Origin: Psychromonas sp. | GTDB lineage: Bacteria > Pseudomonadota > Gammaproteobacteria > Enterobacterales > Psychromonadaceae | DNA length: 64,000 nucleotides | NCBI RefSeq assembly: GCF_047632995.1 | Contig: NZ_JBLIEK010000002.1 | Span: 6,285 to 70,284 of the forward strand | Reading direction: 5' to 3' | Shown: positions 12,229-22,667 of the stretch, one piece after another | Numbering within the stretch: position 1 is the stretch's first letter | Layout of the letters: each line of letters begins with the position of its first letter | Made by a program: the position numbers and the translations under genes | Notes under the pieces: model-generated | Database searches by the model: none | What the model was told of the DNA's origin: nothing | What the model saw: the letters and a program-made list of their open reading frames with translations, nothing else

Positions 12229-12822
12229 ATGGATAAGCAAGTTTTTTTAAATCGCTTTTTTTTTCATAATCAGCCTATAAGCACCGATTTACGCGCAGCT
12301 GAAAAGTCACTGCTTATAAATAATCACAGCTTAAAAAAAGCAGCGGTGTTAATCCCTTTCGTAAAACGTGCTAATGGATTAAATATAATCTTCACCGAGC
12401 GCGCTTTACATCTGCGCCATCATCCGGGGCAAATCAGCTTTCCCGGCGGGAAGCAGGAACAAGGCGACAGCAGTCTGAAACAGACGGCTCTGCGTGAGAC
12501 AGAAGAAGAGATTGGCATTTTGCAAGATCAGATAGCTATTTTTGGCACATTGCCTAAACTGCCGACAGTAAGCGGCTTTGTGGTCTATCCCTATCTGGGA
12601 TTTGTGCAAAGTAATCACACCCTGCAAATAGATGAGCAGGAAGTTAAAAGCATATTTGAAGTACCGCTTACGTTTGTTCTTAATAAAAAAAACTATTATC
12701 TACAGCATTTAACCGCCAATAAAAAACGCCATTTCACCTACTGCATCCCCTACCAGAATAGGATGATATGGGGCGCAACCGCGCAAATGCTTTATAATTT
12801 ACAGCGTCACTTAAATGATTAA
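12229..12822 (+). CDS. nudL: Nudix CoA pyrophosphatase
   Basis: LRHHPGQISFPGG plus Nudix box ALRETEEEIG, IWGATA. Confidence 0.88.
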   Translation: MDKQVFLNRFFFHNQPISTDLRAAEKSLLINNHSLKKAAVLIPFVKRANGLNIIFTERALHLRHHPGQISFPGGKQEQGDSSLKQTALRETEEEIGILQDQIAIFGTLPKLPTVSGFVVYPYLGFVQSNHTLQIDEQEVKSIFEVPLTFVLNKKNYYLQHLTANKKRHFTYCIPYQNRMIWGATAQMLYNLQRHLND

Positions 12823-13474
12823 GCACCTTTGATTCTTAATAATCTACAAATGCATTTAGTATAGGGCCGTTGCAAGTTAGCTTCCTAAGTTAGAAAGGGA
12901 CATATAGCGACTTAGAGATTTTGCACTATTTATCTGTTGTGAGTCCCTCATTTACGCTCGCTTTCGCCCCCCATGGCGAACGAATGTGCCTAGAAAGATC
13001 AGATGCAAGAATGCTGATCACTTGATCATTAACAACATATTTCTATTTGAGATTTATTTCGGAAGCCCTTTTAGATTTAGAACCTAGCCCAAACTTTATG
13101 TGGGTACTTCAATGCCGAACTTTTAATGATATTTAAAAAAACTTGCTCGAACTGAAAAATAGATCATAATCCTCGACCTTATCTAGAGTTAAGAATTAAT
13201 TACAAAGTTGCAAACTTCCCTAGTTTTGATAGTAATATCCATTCAAATAAGAGAGGTATTACAAGTGTATTGATTACACATTAATGTCAACTACATTACT
13301 GAAAATATTGGTTTTTTGGCCTATAGATAAACGTACAACAAAGTTGAAGATCTATTTCTTGTGGTAAATTTCTGGCTGAGTTTGTTAACCTTAGTTGGTA
13401 TTTAATTTTTTTAGTCTGGTTAAGTAAATTTATTAGTCTGCTGACTGGACGATGATAAATATTGGATGTATTAA

Positions 13475-14050
13475 ATGTTAGAAGTCATCGCATATTTTGT
13501 AATACCCTTTTTAGTTATACTTGTCATTGCCTATTTTTATGTAGAAGCGCAGAGAAGAAAGGTCGAAGAGGAAAAGAAGAGAGCCATTTTTTTACGTATC
13601 GCTACAATGAAAGCTAATTTCAAGGCTGAGTTGAAACGACTAGTTGAACAAGAAAGATTAACGATAAGAGAACAGGAATCGATCTATCGCATTGCTAATA
13701 ACTTTTTCGTTTTTCAACCAGTTACAATTAAAAGTATAAGTTATTGTGAACAATTGCTTAATAACGTTATCAGCGCAATGCCAACTGGTGGTCCCGATAG
13801 TATTAACTTCGATCTTATACAAGAACAAGTTAGCTCATTTGTACATTCATTACCTGCCGCCGCGCGTGACCATAACCCCGCCTTTTACCGCAATAAACTT
13901 CCAGAGTTAATTAAGCAGCTAATTGATTCTCAAGAATATATATACGAAACTGAGAACGAAAATAGCAACGAAGAATCACTGGCCCCGGTGTCTGCGGCAA
14001 TAACTACTTACTTGCCAACTCCCCCTACCGTGACTGTACCACTCATGTGA
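13475..14050 (+). CDS. Membrane-anchored hypothetical protein
   Basis: 191 aa ORF, N-terminal TM helix then helical charged region; 3' tail overlaps an IS remnant. Confidence 0.7.
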   Translation: MLEVIAYFVIPFLVILVIAYFYVEAQRRKVEEEKKRAIFLRIATMKANFKAELKRLVEQERLTIREQESIYRIANNFFVFQPVTIKSISYCEQLLNNVISAMPTGGPDSINFDLIQEQVSSFVHSLPAAARDHNPAFYRNKLPELIKQLIDSQEYIYETENENSNEESLAPVSAAITTYLPTPPTVTVPLM

Positions 14051-14097
14051 TCTTTGAGCCGCTGGCTTTTATCGCCCGTTTAGCGGCCTTGGCACCT
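14023..14097 (+). mobile_element. IS91/ISCR-family (Y2) transposase remnant
   Basis: Reads PYRDCTTHVIFEPLAFIARLAALAP, matching the family motif PYRDGTTHVIFEPLDFIARLAALVP as recalled. Confidence 0.75.
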
Positions 14098-14103
14098 ATG
14101 AGT

Positions 14104-14131
14104 AAAAGGCGGGACACGAAAAGGCGGGACA
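14104..14131 (+). repeat. Short direct repeat AAAAGGCGGGACA x2
   Basis: Identical 13-mers at 14104 and 14119, directly after the IS remnant. Confidence 0.7.
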
Positions 14132-14467
14132 TCCAAACCTTTTATTCTTTTAAAACATTGGATGAAAAAACACACCAGACTCGACTAAACTCTAAAAATA
14201 TTACACTGCTCAAAAGGCGAGTAATACAAGTCGGTATTGGCTGATAAAATTGATATTAGAGAATAAAAAGCTGCGGCTATATGCCTCCAATCACCTAAAA
14301 TAGTGGAAATGTAAGCTATGACACGCTCGCTTTTCCCCGAGCGCGAGCAAAGTAGTGACCAAGTAAATTTGGCTTTTTTTTAGTTTTGTAAGTCGCTATG
14401 GGCGTTTGCGACTTAGCTTTATTTGCTGATTCTTCATTATGTTCAGCATTATTGAAAATTCAGAGAC

Positions 14468-14665
14468 TTACTCTTCTTTTTTATCACAAGCACAGCTCGA
14501 TATGCCGAAAGGTAAATAAGCCGGGCACCAGCCCATGCTGCCAGTTAACAGCGGAATTAACCCCACAGCGCCCCACCAGCTTTGAAAATAGAAACCTGCA
14601 GCAATAATAACGAGTCCAACAATAATACGCAGAGCACGATCAAGACCACCAACATTATTTTTCAT
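14468..14665 (-). CDS. DUF2892 (YgaP-like) small membrane protein
   Basis: MKNNVGGLDRALRIIVG...WCPAYLPFGISSC. Confidence 0.88.
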   Translation of the reverse strand: MKNNVGGLDRALRIIVGLVIIAAGFYFQSWWGAVGLIPLLTGSMGWCPAYLPFGISSCACDKKEE

Positions 14666-14855
14666 AATCCAACTCCTCTGACTTGCTTAAAATCAAACCA
14701 TAGACCAATATTCTTCTTTAATACAGGACGTTGTAGCTCTCACGTTTAAATGCGCAATTAAACATCGCCTTCGAAATAATGTGCAGATGAAAGTCAATGA
14801 CAAAAGCGTAGGATTCAAACCAGTAAACACCATCACCCTAACCTTGAGCGTTATT

Positions 14856-16196
14856 ATGCCGACTACTATTGAACAGCCGATCACCCGTGCTTTATTAATT
14901 TCCATTCGCACTCCGCATGTCACAACCGAGGAAATTAATGAGTCGTTAGCCGAATTAGAGCGTTTAGTCAGCACCTTGGGGTTTACTGTTTTTGCGACGC
15001 AAACCCAGAGGCAAAACTCGACTAAACGTTTGTCTGTATTGGGATCGGGTAAACTCGAAGAGCTAGCTCGTATGACAGGAGAGATAAATAGTCTCGATTC
15101 GGAAGATGCTCTCGCTAATATTGATGAACACGCATTGAACGACTTTTTAAGCAGCTCGAAGGCTAAATCACATGCCAATGTAGTGGTTTTTGATTGTGAA
15201 CTCAGTCCAATGCAATTACGTAACGTTGAGGATATATTAGGCGTTAAGGTATTTGATCGCACGGGCATTATTATTGAAATTTTTAGCCGTCATGCGCATA
15301 CACGCAGCGCTCGGTTACAGATTGAGCTGGCACGGTTAAATTATTTAACCCCAAGATTACGCAGTGACCATAGCGGCAATAGTGAACGTCATAGCGGGCG
15401 TGGCAAGGGTGAAACGATATTTGCCATTGAGCGCCGTAAAATTCGCGACAAACAAGCAGAGCTCAGACGTGAACTAAAAAATGTACAAAATGAGATGCAA
15501 GAACAACGTAGCAGTCGCGCGCAAGAGCTGTGTGTAGCATTAGTGGGATATACCAATGCGGGTAAATCCTCCTTGATGCGCGCCTTAACTGGGGCCGAAG
15601 TATTAATTGAAGACAAACTATTTGCGACTCTAGATACGACCGTGCGGGCCTTATCACCCGCAACGCAACCCAAAATTTTAATTTCCGATACGGTCGGATT
15701 TATTAAAAAATTGCCCCACGATTTAGTCCCTTCATTTCATTCCACATTAGAAGAAGCAAAAGATGCAACGCTCCTCTTATATGTAGTTGATGCTGCAGAT
15801 CAAAACTTCCGCGCTCAACTCGCAGTCGTTGAGGATGTTTTACAACAATTAAAGCTTGCTAGCACTAACCGTTTATTACTGCTGAACAAGGTTGATTGCT
15901 TAACACCCGCTGAGAAACAAGCATTAACCCTTGAGTATCCTAACGCATTACAAATCTGCACGCGTAATGCGCATGACATTGCAGTTGTACATCAAGTGAT
16001 TCAAGACGTTTTAGCAGAGCAGATGTGCACTGCTTGTTTTAATATCCCTTACACCGCCAACGGTATTATGGGGGAGATCCACAGTAAGATGCAGGTGCTA
16101 GAAGAGCAGTATCATGAAGGTGGAATAAGAGTAACGGTTAAGGCAAGCAATGTCGCACTGGAACGATTATATAAAATGTTACAACAATCATTTTAA
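14856..16196 (+). CDS. hflX: GTPase HflX (stand-alone paralog)
   Basis: FDCELSPMQLRNVE, IIEIFSRHA, GYTNAGKSS, DKLFATLDTT, DTVGF, NKVD; probable start ATG 14856. Confidence 0.9.
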   Translation: MPTTIEQPITRALLISIRTPHVTTEEINESLAELERLVSTLGFTVFATQTQRQNSTKRLSVLGSGKLEELARMTGEINSLDSEDALANIDEHALNDFLSSSKAKSHANVVVFDCELSPMQLRNVEDILGVKVFDRTGIIIEIFSRHAHTRSARLQIELARLNYLTPRLRSDHSGNSERHSGRGKGETIFAIERRKIRDKQAELRRELKNVQNEMQEQRSSRAQELCVALVGYTNAGKSSLMRALTGAEVLIEDKLFATLDTTVRALSPATQPKILISDTVGFIKKLPHDLVPSFHSTLEEAKDATLLLYVVDAADQNFRAQLAVVEDVLQQLKLASTNRLLLLNKVDCLTPAEKQALTLEYPNALQICTRNAHDIAVVHQVIQDVLAEQMCTACFNIPYTANGIMGEIHSKMQVLEEQYHEGGIRVTVKASNVALERLYKMLQQSF

Positions 16197-16269
16197 AAAT
16201 AGGGCATGGCGAAAATCTGGCCTCAGTGTGATTCTCAGATTGCGCCATAGCAATCGCAATAATTTCTGC

Positions 16270-16818
16270 TTAGAAATTTTGCAGCGTGGCTTCTTTAACC
16301 GCTGTGGCTGTCTCTTTATCGAGCAGATATTCAATCAGAGCAATCGAAAACTCAGCAGCCGTTCCCGGTCCGCGACTGGTTATCATATTGCCATCTTGAA
16401 CAACCCGATCAGTACTAAAATCGGCACCCGTGATCGCATTTTCAAAACCGGGATAACAGGTAAACTTTCGTCCTTCAAGCAGTCCCGCCTTTCCCAATAC
16501 CACCGCAGGGGCAGCGCAGATAGCCGCCACTAGCTTATTGTTATTATCTATTTTACGCACTAACTTGATAAGCGCTTTTGATTGGGCAAGATTTGATGCG
16601 CCGGGCATTCCTCCCGGTAAAATTATCCCATCCAAATCATCGTCTAGTGCATCAAGGGTGATATCCGCAGTGATCTCAATATCATGGCCACCAATAACGT
16701 TTAACCCCCCAATACTGGTGAGAATAACCTGTATTCCTGCTCTGCGAAGAAAATCGGCAGGGGTAATAACTTCCACTTCTTCAAACCCATCCGCTAACAA
16801 TATGGCTACTTTTTTCAT
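16270..16818 (-). CDS. yajL: DJ-1/YajL/ThiJ family protein
   Basis: LADGFEEVE, ILPGGMPGA, AAICAAP, TSRGPGT. Confidence 0.88.
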   Translation of the reverse strand: MKKVAILLADGFEEVEVITPADFLRRAGIQVILTSIGGLNVIGGHDIEITADITLDALDDDLDGIILPGGMPGASNLAQSKALIKLVRKIDNNNKLVAAICAAPAVVLGKAGLLEGRKFTCYPGFENAITGADFSTDRVVQDGNMITSRGPGTAAEFSIALIEYLLDKETATAVKEATLQNF

Positions 16819-16916
16819 CTTTATCTCCTTAAAAAATCATCTGAGTTAAAAATAGGATGCGCAAAGCTTATCCGATCATCACATTAAAGAAGAAGTTTCA
16901 TTATTTCTCCTTTTTA

Positions 16917-17942
16917 TTAAGGTACTAAAGCTTTAAGAAACGGAATTTTAGCTAATGAGATAGTGCAGAGCAGCGAGATAAACAAAATGGCGATAGTAAT
17001 AACCGGAATCGCCAACCAGTTTGAAATAAACGCACTGTAAAAACCGTTATCTAAATTACGAACAGGAATCAACAGCAGAGGGTGTAGCAGGTAAATACCT
17101 AAACTGTATTTTGAGATAAGTGTAATTAAAGCGCGCAATTTCCCCTCAATTTTATCACCATAAGCTTGTGCGCAGACAAATAACATACCCGCAATAATTA
17201 CCGTATTAAGCGTTTTATAGCCCATAAAGAAACTACTGTATTTACCGCTTTCAATGGCCAACTGCCATGAACCAAAAACATTCAACAGCAACATAGATAT
17301 GCCTGCAATCAGCCAATATTTTAGCTGCCGGCTGTTATCACGGTTAAAAAGATACCAGCCGAGCATTAAGTAACCTGTATATAAAATAATATTTTGCTGT
17401 AAAAAGCTTTCTACTTTCAGCCAATGCATTAAAAACAGCAGCGTCCAAGTAATAATCAACAGTTTAATGAATTCGGGCGAGGTTTTTTTTAGCAGAGGTA
17501 TTAAAAATGGAATAACAAAATATAGGGGGATAAAATCATAGAAAAACCATAAATGATACCAAACGGGCGTATTACCTGAATTTTCAATGATTTTAAGGGT
17601 CTCAACAGCTGACCATTCTGCCTCAGTAAAACCGCCGATAAAGGCATAAATTAGCGTCCAGCAAATAAACGGAACTGCTACTTTTGCTACCCGTTTGCGC
17701 AGGTAATCTTCGCAGTTAAAGGCGCGCTCACTGGAGAGCAATAACGCGCCGCTGAGCATAATAAAAACAGGCACAGCCCAACGCGTTACACTGTTAATAG
17801 CGGTTGCAGCTAACCAATCAGAATCGGGGATTTCACCATAAAGGTAACGGAACGGCCCTAAAACATGGATAGCTATCACCGCAAATGCAGCCATGAAGCG
17901 CAGTAAATCGATGTAAAAAATAGCGGGTCGAGGCTGGCTCAT
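16917..17942 (-). CDS. Acyltransferase family 3 membrane protein (O-acetyltransferase-like)
   Basis: IDLLRFMAAFAVIAIH, RWAVPVFIMLSG, YHLWF, SLGIYLLH; multiple TM segments. Confidence 0.85.
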   Translation of the reverse strand: MSQPRPAIFYIDLLRFMAAFAVIAIHVLGPFRYLYGEIPDSDWLAATAINSVTRWAVPVFIMLSGALLLSSERAFNCEDYLRKRVAKVAVPFICWTLIYAFIGGFTEAEWSAVETLKIIENSGNTPVWYHLWFFYDFIPLYFVIPFLIPLLKKTSPEFIKLLIITWTLLFLMHWLKVESFLQQNIILYTGYLMLGWYLFNRDNSRQLKYWLIAGISMLLLNVFGSWQLAIESGKYSSFFMGYKTLNTVIIAGMLFVCAQAYGDKIEGKLRALITLISKYSLGIYLLHPLLLIPVRNLDNGFYSAFISNWLAIPVITIAILFISLLCTISLAKIPFLKALVP

Positions 17943-18018
17943 GATTTATTTTCTTTTATAACGTTTTGATACAAAAAAGAATAACCTGTTGCTTGGATAA
18001 TGGCAATCTTGGCGAATA

Positions 18019-18068
18019 TACCCATGTTACTTCAAGATGCAAAATCAGCATCTTGAAGTAACATTGTA
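18019..18068. repeat. Short ERIC-like hairpin (internally deleted element)
   Basis: Perfect 17-bp stem ATGTTACTTCAAGATGC / GCATCTTGAAGTAACAT with a 7-nt loop; left arm and loop identical to the 5' end of the element at 19451. Confidence 0.8.
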
Positions 18069-18102
18069 TTGAATAAACAACGGCATCGTTATTGATAATC
18101 AG

Positions 18103-19128
<1,026 letters not shown>

Positions 19129-19320
19129 TTACAATCCTTGTGCTTTTAATTGTTCTTCTTTTTGCTGTTGCATTTTCAGCAGTTCATTTTCTAGGTTTTT
19201 AGCTTTATCCAGCGCCTGCAACTGCGCCTGCGGAATAATCACCTGTTGCTTTTTTTCTGCCCCGCAGGCCGTTAATAAGCCGCATAAAATAACTAAGAGT
19301 AATGTATTAAATTTATTCAT
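19129..19320 (-). CDS. Small lipoprotein
   Basis: 63 aa, lipobox LLTAC, helical Gln/Lys-rich tail, stop abuts the deaminase start. Confidence 0.75.
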   Translation of the reverse strand: MNKFNTLLLVILCGLLTACGAEKKQQVIIPQAQLQALDKAKNLENELLKMQQQKEEQLKAQGL

Positions 19321-19450
19321 CTTATTGCCTCATCTGTATTGAATTAACGAGTGATTTACAGTGTAATACGAGCAAGCCGCTTCGTTTGTTTATTGATACG
19401 CGTAATAGCAAATATTATCAACTGATACTCATCCGTTACACTTTTTACCG

Positions 19451-19712
19451 ATACCCATGTTACTTCAAGATGCAAAATCAGCAAACCAAATTGGGCTTAG
19501 CTGCTAGACATAAAATTGAAGTATAGTTATTCTACATTGATGTTTTATAACAACGCAGATGAGTGCAATTTGGCTTGCCCTACGGGGGCTTCGCTCGAAA
19601 ACCAGTATTGCGTTACAGCATTCGATAAGGGAACAACCATTACCTTCATGCTGCGCCTTATTCTGGGCTCCGAGCGGAGTCCTGATAAAGCACCTTGAGG
19701 TATCATGGGTAT
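19451..19712. mobile_element. 262-bp ERIC-related MITE-like element, copy A
   Basis: Terminal inverted repeats ATACCCATGTTACTTCAAGATGC...GCACCTTGAGGTATCATGGGTAT; colinear 262-bp homolog at 56989. Confidence 0.8.
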
Positions 19713-19749
19713 ATACACAGCCGCATAACAAGTCGCCAAAGGTCAGCAA

Positions 19750-21579
19750 ATGTTTAAATTTTTTGAAAAATTAGTACCCGCACTTAACGATGCAGAGCCC
19801 ACGCAGCCCCCGAATACCTTGCTCGCGTTTTGCCTTCATTATACTCAGGATTACAAAATCCCGCTGATCATTATGACGATTCTTACTGCTGCATTAGCTA
19901 TTCTGGAAGTCTCACTATTCGGCTTTATGGGGCAACTGGTTGATTGGTTAATCACTAAAAACCCTGAAACATTGCTACAGGATGAAGGGAAAACGCTGAT
20001 ACTTATGTCAGTTATGGTGCTGGCTATTATTCCACTATTAACCCTGCTGCATTCATTAATTGTACATCAGGTTTTATTGGCCAATTACCCGATGTCGATT
20101 CGTTGGTTTGCACACAGGTACTTGCTTAAACAGAGTGTCTCATTTTACCAAGATGACTTTGCTGGCCGTATTGCCACTAAAGTGATGCAGACATCACTTG
20201 CTGTTCGTGAAACTGTAATGAAGTTGCTCGATGTGATGGTTTATGTGCTGGTCTATTTTATTTCTATGATAGTCATGATAGCAAAGGCAGATATTCGTTT
20301 AGCTATCCCTATGCTGGTGTGGTTAGTCATATACATTATGCTGCAATATTACTTTATCCCACGTTTAAAAGCGGTTGCCACTGAACAAGCGGATGCTCGT
20401 TCCACTATGACTGGCCGCATTGTCGACAGTTATACCAATATATCGACCGTTAAACTGTTTGCCCATACCGATTCAGAATCTCAATATGCCAAACAGGGGA
20501 TGCAGGCATTTTTAGAGACTGTTTACAGACAGATGCGTTTAGCCACGGGCGTTAATGTCTCAGTACAAATTGCCAACTATATTCTGGCTTTTGCCATTAG
20601 TGCATTAGCGATTGCGTTATGGATGAAAAGCGCGATTAGCGTCGGCGAGATAGCCATTGCGATCAGTTTAGCGCTGCGTTTAAATGGTATGTCACAATGG
20701 ATAATGTGGGAACTCACCTCCCTGTTTGAAAATATCGGCACAGTAACGGATGGAATGGCAACGCTTGCCAAACCGAATGTGATTGAAGATCAAAAAGATG
20801 CACAACCATTAAAGGTCACAAACGGAGATATCGTGTTTAATAACGTGAGTTTTCACTATGGTGAAACGAAAGGCGTTATCGACTTCCTAAATCTGCACAT
20901 CAAGGCGGGAGAAAAAATCGGTTTGGTCGGTCGCTCTGGAGCGGGAAAATCCACTCTGGTTAATCTGTTATTACGTTTCTACGATGTCGAGCAGGGCAAA
21001 ATTGTGATTGATGGGCAAAACATTAACCATGTTCAGCAAGAGAGTCTGCGCTTAAAAATTGGCATGGTGACGCAAGACACCTCTTTATTGCACCGCTCGG
21101 TACGCGAAAATATTCTTTATGGCCGCCCCGATGCGACTGAAGAGGAGATGATCCAGGCAACCAAACAGGCACAAGCACACGAGTTTATTTTAGGGCTGAG
21201 CGACAACGTGGGCAACACAGGTTATGACGCTCAAGTTGGCGAGCGCGGCGTAAAACTCTCAGGCGGACAACGTCAGCGTATTGCGATTTCACGCGTATTA
21301 CTTAAAGATGCCCCGATCCTTGTTTTGGATGAGGCCACATCCGCACTTGATAGCGAAATTGAAGCCGCTATTCAAGAAAGCCTGTACAAGCTGATGCAGG
21401 GTAAAACTGTGATTGCGATTGCACACCGCTTATCCACCATTGCCGCGATGGATAGGTTAATTGTTTTAGATAACGGTAAGATTGTCGAACAAGGCACACA
21501 TCAAACATTAATTGAAGATAAAGGGATCTATGCACAGCTATGGGCGCATCAAACAGGCGGTTTTTTAGGCATGGATTGA
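19750..21579 (+). CDS. ABC transporter, fused permease/ATPase (exporter type)
   Basis: TM domain, GRSGAGKS, LSGGQRQR, LVLDEATSALD, IAHRLST. Confidence 0.93.
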   Translation: MFKFFEKLVPALNDAEPTQPPNTLLAFCLHYTQDYKIPLIIMTILTAALAILEVSLFGFMGQLVDWLITKNPETLLQDEGKTLILMSVMVLAIIPLLTLLHSLIVHQVLLANYPMSIRWFAHRYLLKQSVSFYQDDFAGRIATKVMQTSLAVRETVMKLLDVMVYVLVYFISMIVMIAKADIRLAIPMLVWLVIYIMLQYYFIPRLKAVATEQADARSTMTGRIVDSYTNISTVKLFAHTDSESQYAKQGMQAFLETVYRQMRLATGVNVSVQIANYILAFAISALAIALWMKSAISVGEIAIAISLALRLNGMSQWIMWELTSLFENIGTVTDGMATLAKPNVIEDQKDAQPLKVTNGDIVFNNVSFHYGETKGVIDFLNLHIKAGEKIGLVGRSGAGKSTLVNLLLRFYDVEQGKIVIDGQNINHVQQESLRLKIGMVTQDTSLLHRSVRENILYGRPDATEEEMIQATKQAQAHEFILGLSDNVGNTGYDAQVGERGVKLSGGQRQRIAISRVLLKDAPILVLDEATSALDSEIEAAIQESLYKLMQGKTVIAIAHRLSTIAAMDRLIVLDNGKIVEQGTHQTLIEDKGIYAQLWAHQTGGFLGMD

Positions 21580-21746
21580 TAAGTGAAGATCTTGGTGGCT
21601 ATTTAAAATGCAAAACGAGCCGAATAGCCAGCAAGGCAAATAATGTGAACAGCATTCATTTATAGATTTATAACGGTAAACTAGAAGCAAAAAGCCCGAA
21701 AGACGCTATAGTGAACTGATTATTCTAACATTTTAGCGGAAAGTTC

Positions 21747-22505
21747 ATGATTCGATCGTTTTTTATCTCATTGTCTATCTTACTCCTCGCAACGAAGCAA
21801 CTGCTTGCCTGTGAAATTGATATTTATGCGAATGCCCATATGAAACCCAAAGCCTATATCGAAAACGGGCAGCCGAAAGGTATTTTAATTGAGATGATGG
21901 ACTATATTGGCGCAGATATAGGCTGTAAATTTACTTACCACTTTTCCACATGGGCACGTGCCTATAAAAGCATGTTAGACGGTAAAGGCGGCGCTATCGG
22001 CCTTTCTACCACCCAAAGCCGCCAGAGTATTATCGATTTTTCCGATACCATGTATAACGAGGAGGTGTTATTAGTTACCAATATAAAAACCCCTTTCACT
22101 TATACGGACGTGCAGGATCTAGCGGGTAAAACGGTCAGTACATCACGCGGCGCCCTCATTGGCGATGAATTTGAGAGAGGCATTAGAGAGAATATCTTTA
22201 CCTTTATCGGCGATAATGGCGATCCGGCTCACCGTTTAAGATTAGTTGCCAAAGGACGTTTAGATGTCGCCATCATTAGCCCGGGTTTATACGCGTTTAA
22301 CAATGTTTTTACAGAGCACCCGGAATTACTTCCTATCAAAGAGCAGCTTTATATTGTACCAACCCCCTTTACTATCGATTCTAATCATCTTGGTTTTTCC
22401 AAACAGAATGACCATAAAGATTTTCTAAAAAAGTTTAACCTTTCAATAAAGAAAGCCCGTAAAAAGGGCGTATTTCAAGCAATCGAAAAAAAATACCAGC
22501 ACTAA
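21747..22505 (+). CDS. Periplasmic substrate-binding protein (family 3-like), orphan
   Basis: Signal peptide, PKGILIEMM, WARAYKS, GRLDVAII, FNLSIKK. Confidence 0.75.
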   Translation: MIRSFFISLSILLLATKQLLACEIDIYANAHMKPKAYIENGQPKGILIEMMDYIGADIGCKFTYHFSTWARAYKSMLDGKGGAIGLSTTQSRQSIIDFSDTMYNEEVLLVTNIKTPFTYTDVQDLAGKTVSTSRGALIGDEFERGIRENIFTFIGDNGDPAHRLRLVAKGRLDVAIISPGLYAFNNVFTEHPELLPIKEQLYIVPTPFTIDSNHLGFSKQNDHKDFLKKFNLSIKKARKKGVFQAIEKKYQH

Positions 22506-22595
22506 ACTTAACGGGCTTTATTAAAATTAATCTACTGATTTAACCCATACAGGCTTAATCTTAGTTTTTTTGTTATGAGATCTGCTATCCATAGC

Positions 22596-22665
22596 CCATT
22601 ACTCATTACCCATTACCCATTACTCATTACCCATTACCCATTACTCATTACCCATTACCCCTTAC
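22596..22665. repeat. Heptamer tandem repeat (C/T)CATTAC x10 with 21-bp higher-order unit
   Basis: (CCATTAC TCATTAC CCATTAC)x3 plus degenerate CCCTTAC, just 3' of the M48 stop. Confidence 0.92.
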
Positions 22666-22667
22666 CA

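Noticed and set aside
12840-13100. Possible pseudogene in the long nudL downstream spacer
   Set aside because: All frames have several stops and no motif I can recognise
19504-19774. ORFs inside the 262-bp elements (also 57076-57276)
   Set aside because: Not conserved as open frames between the two copies; by-products of the repeat
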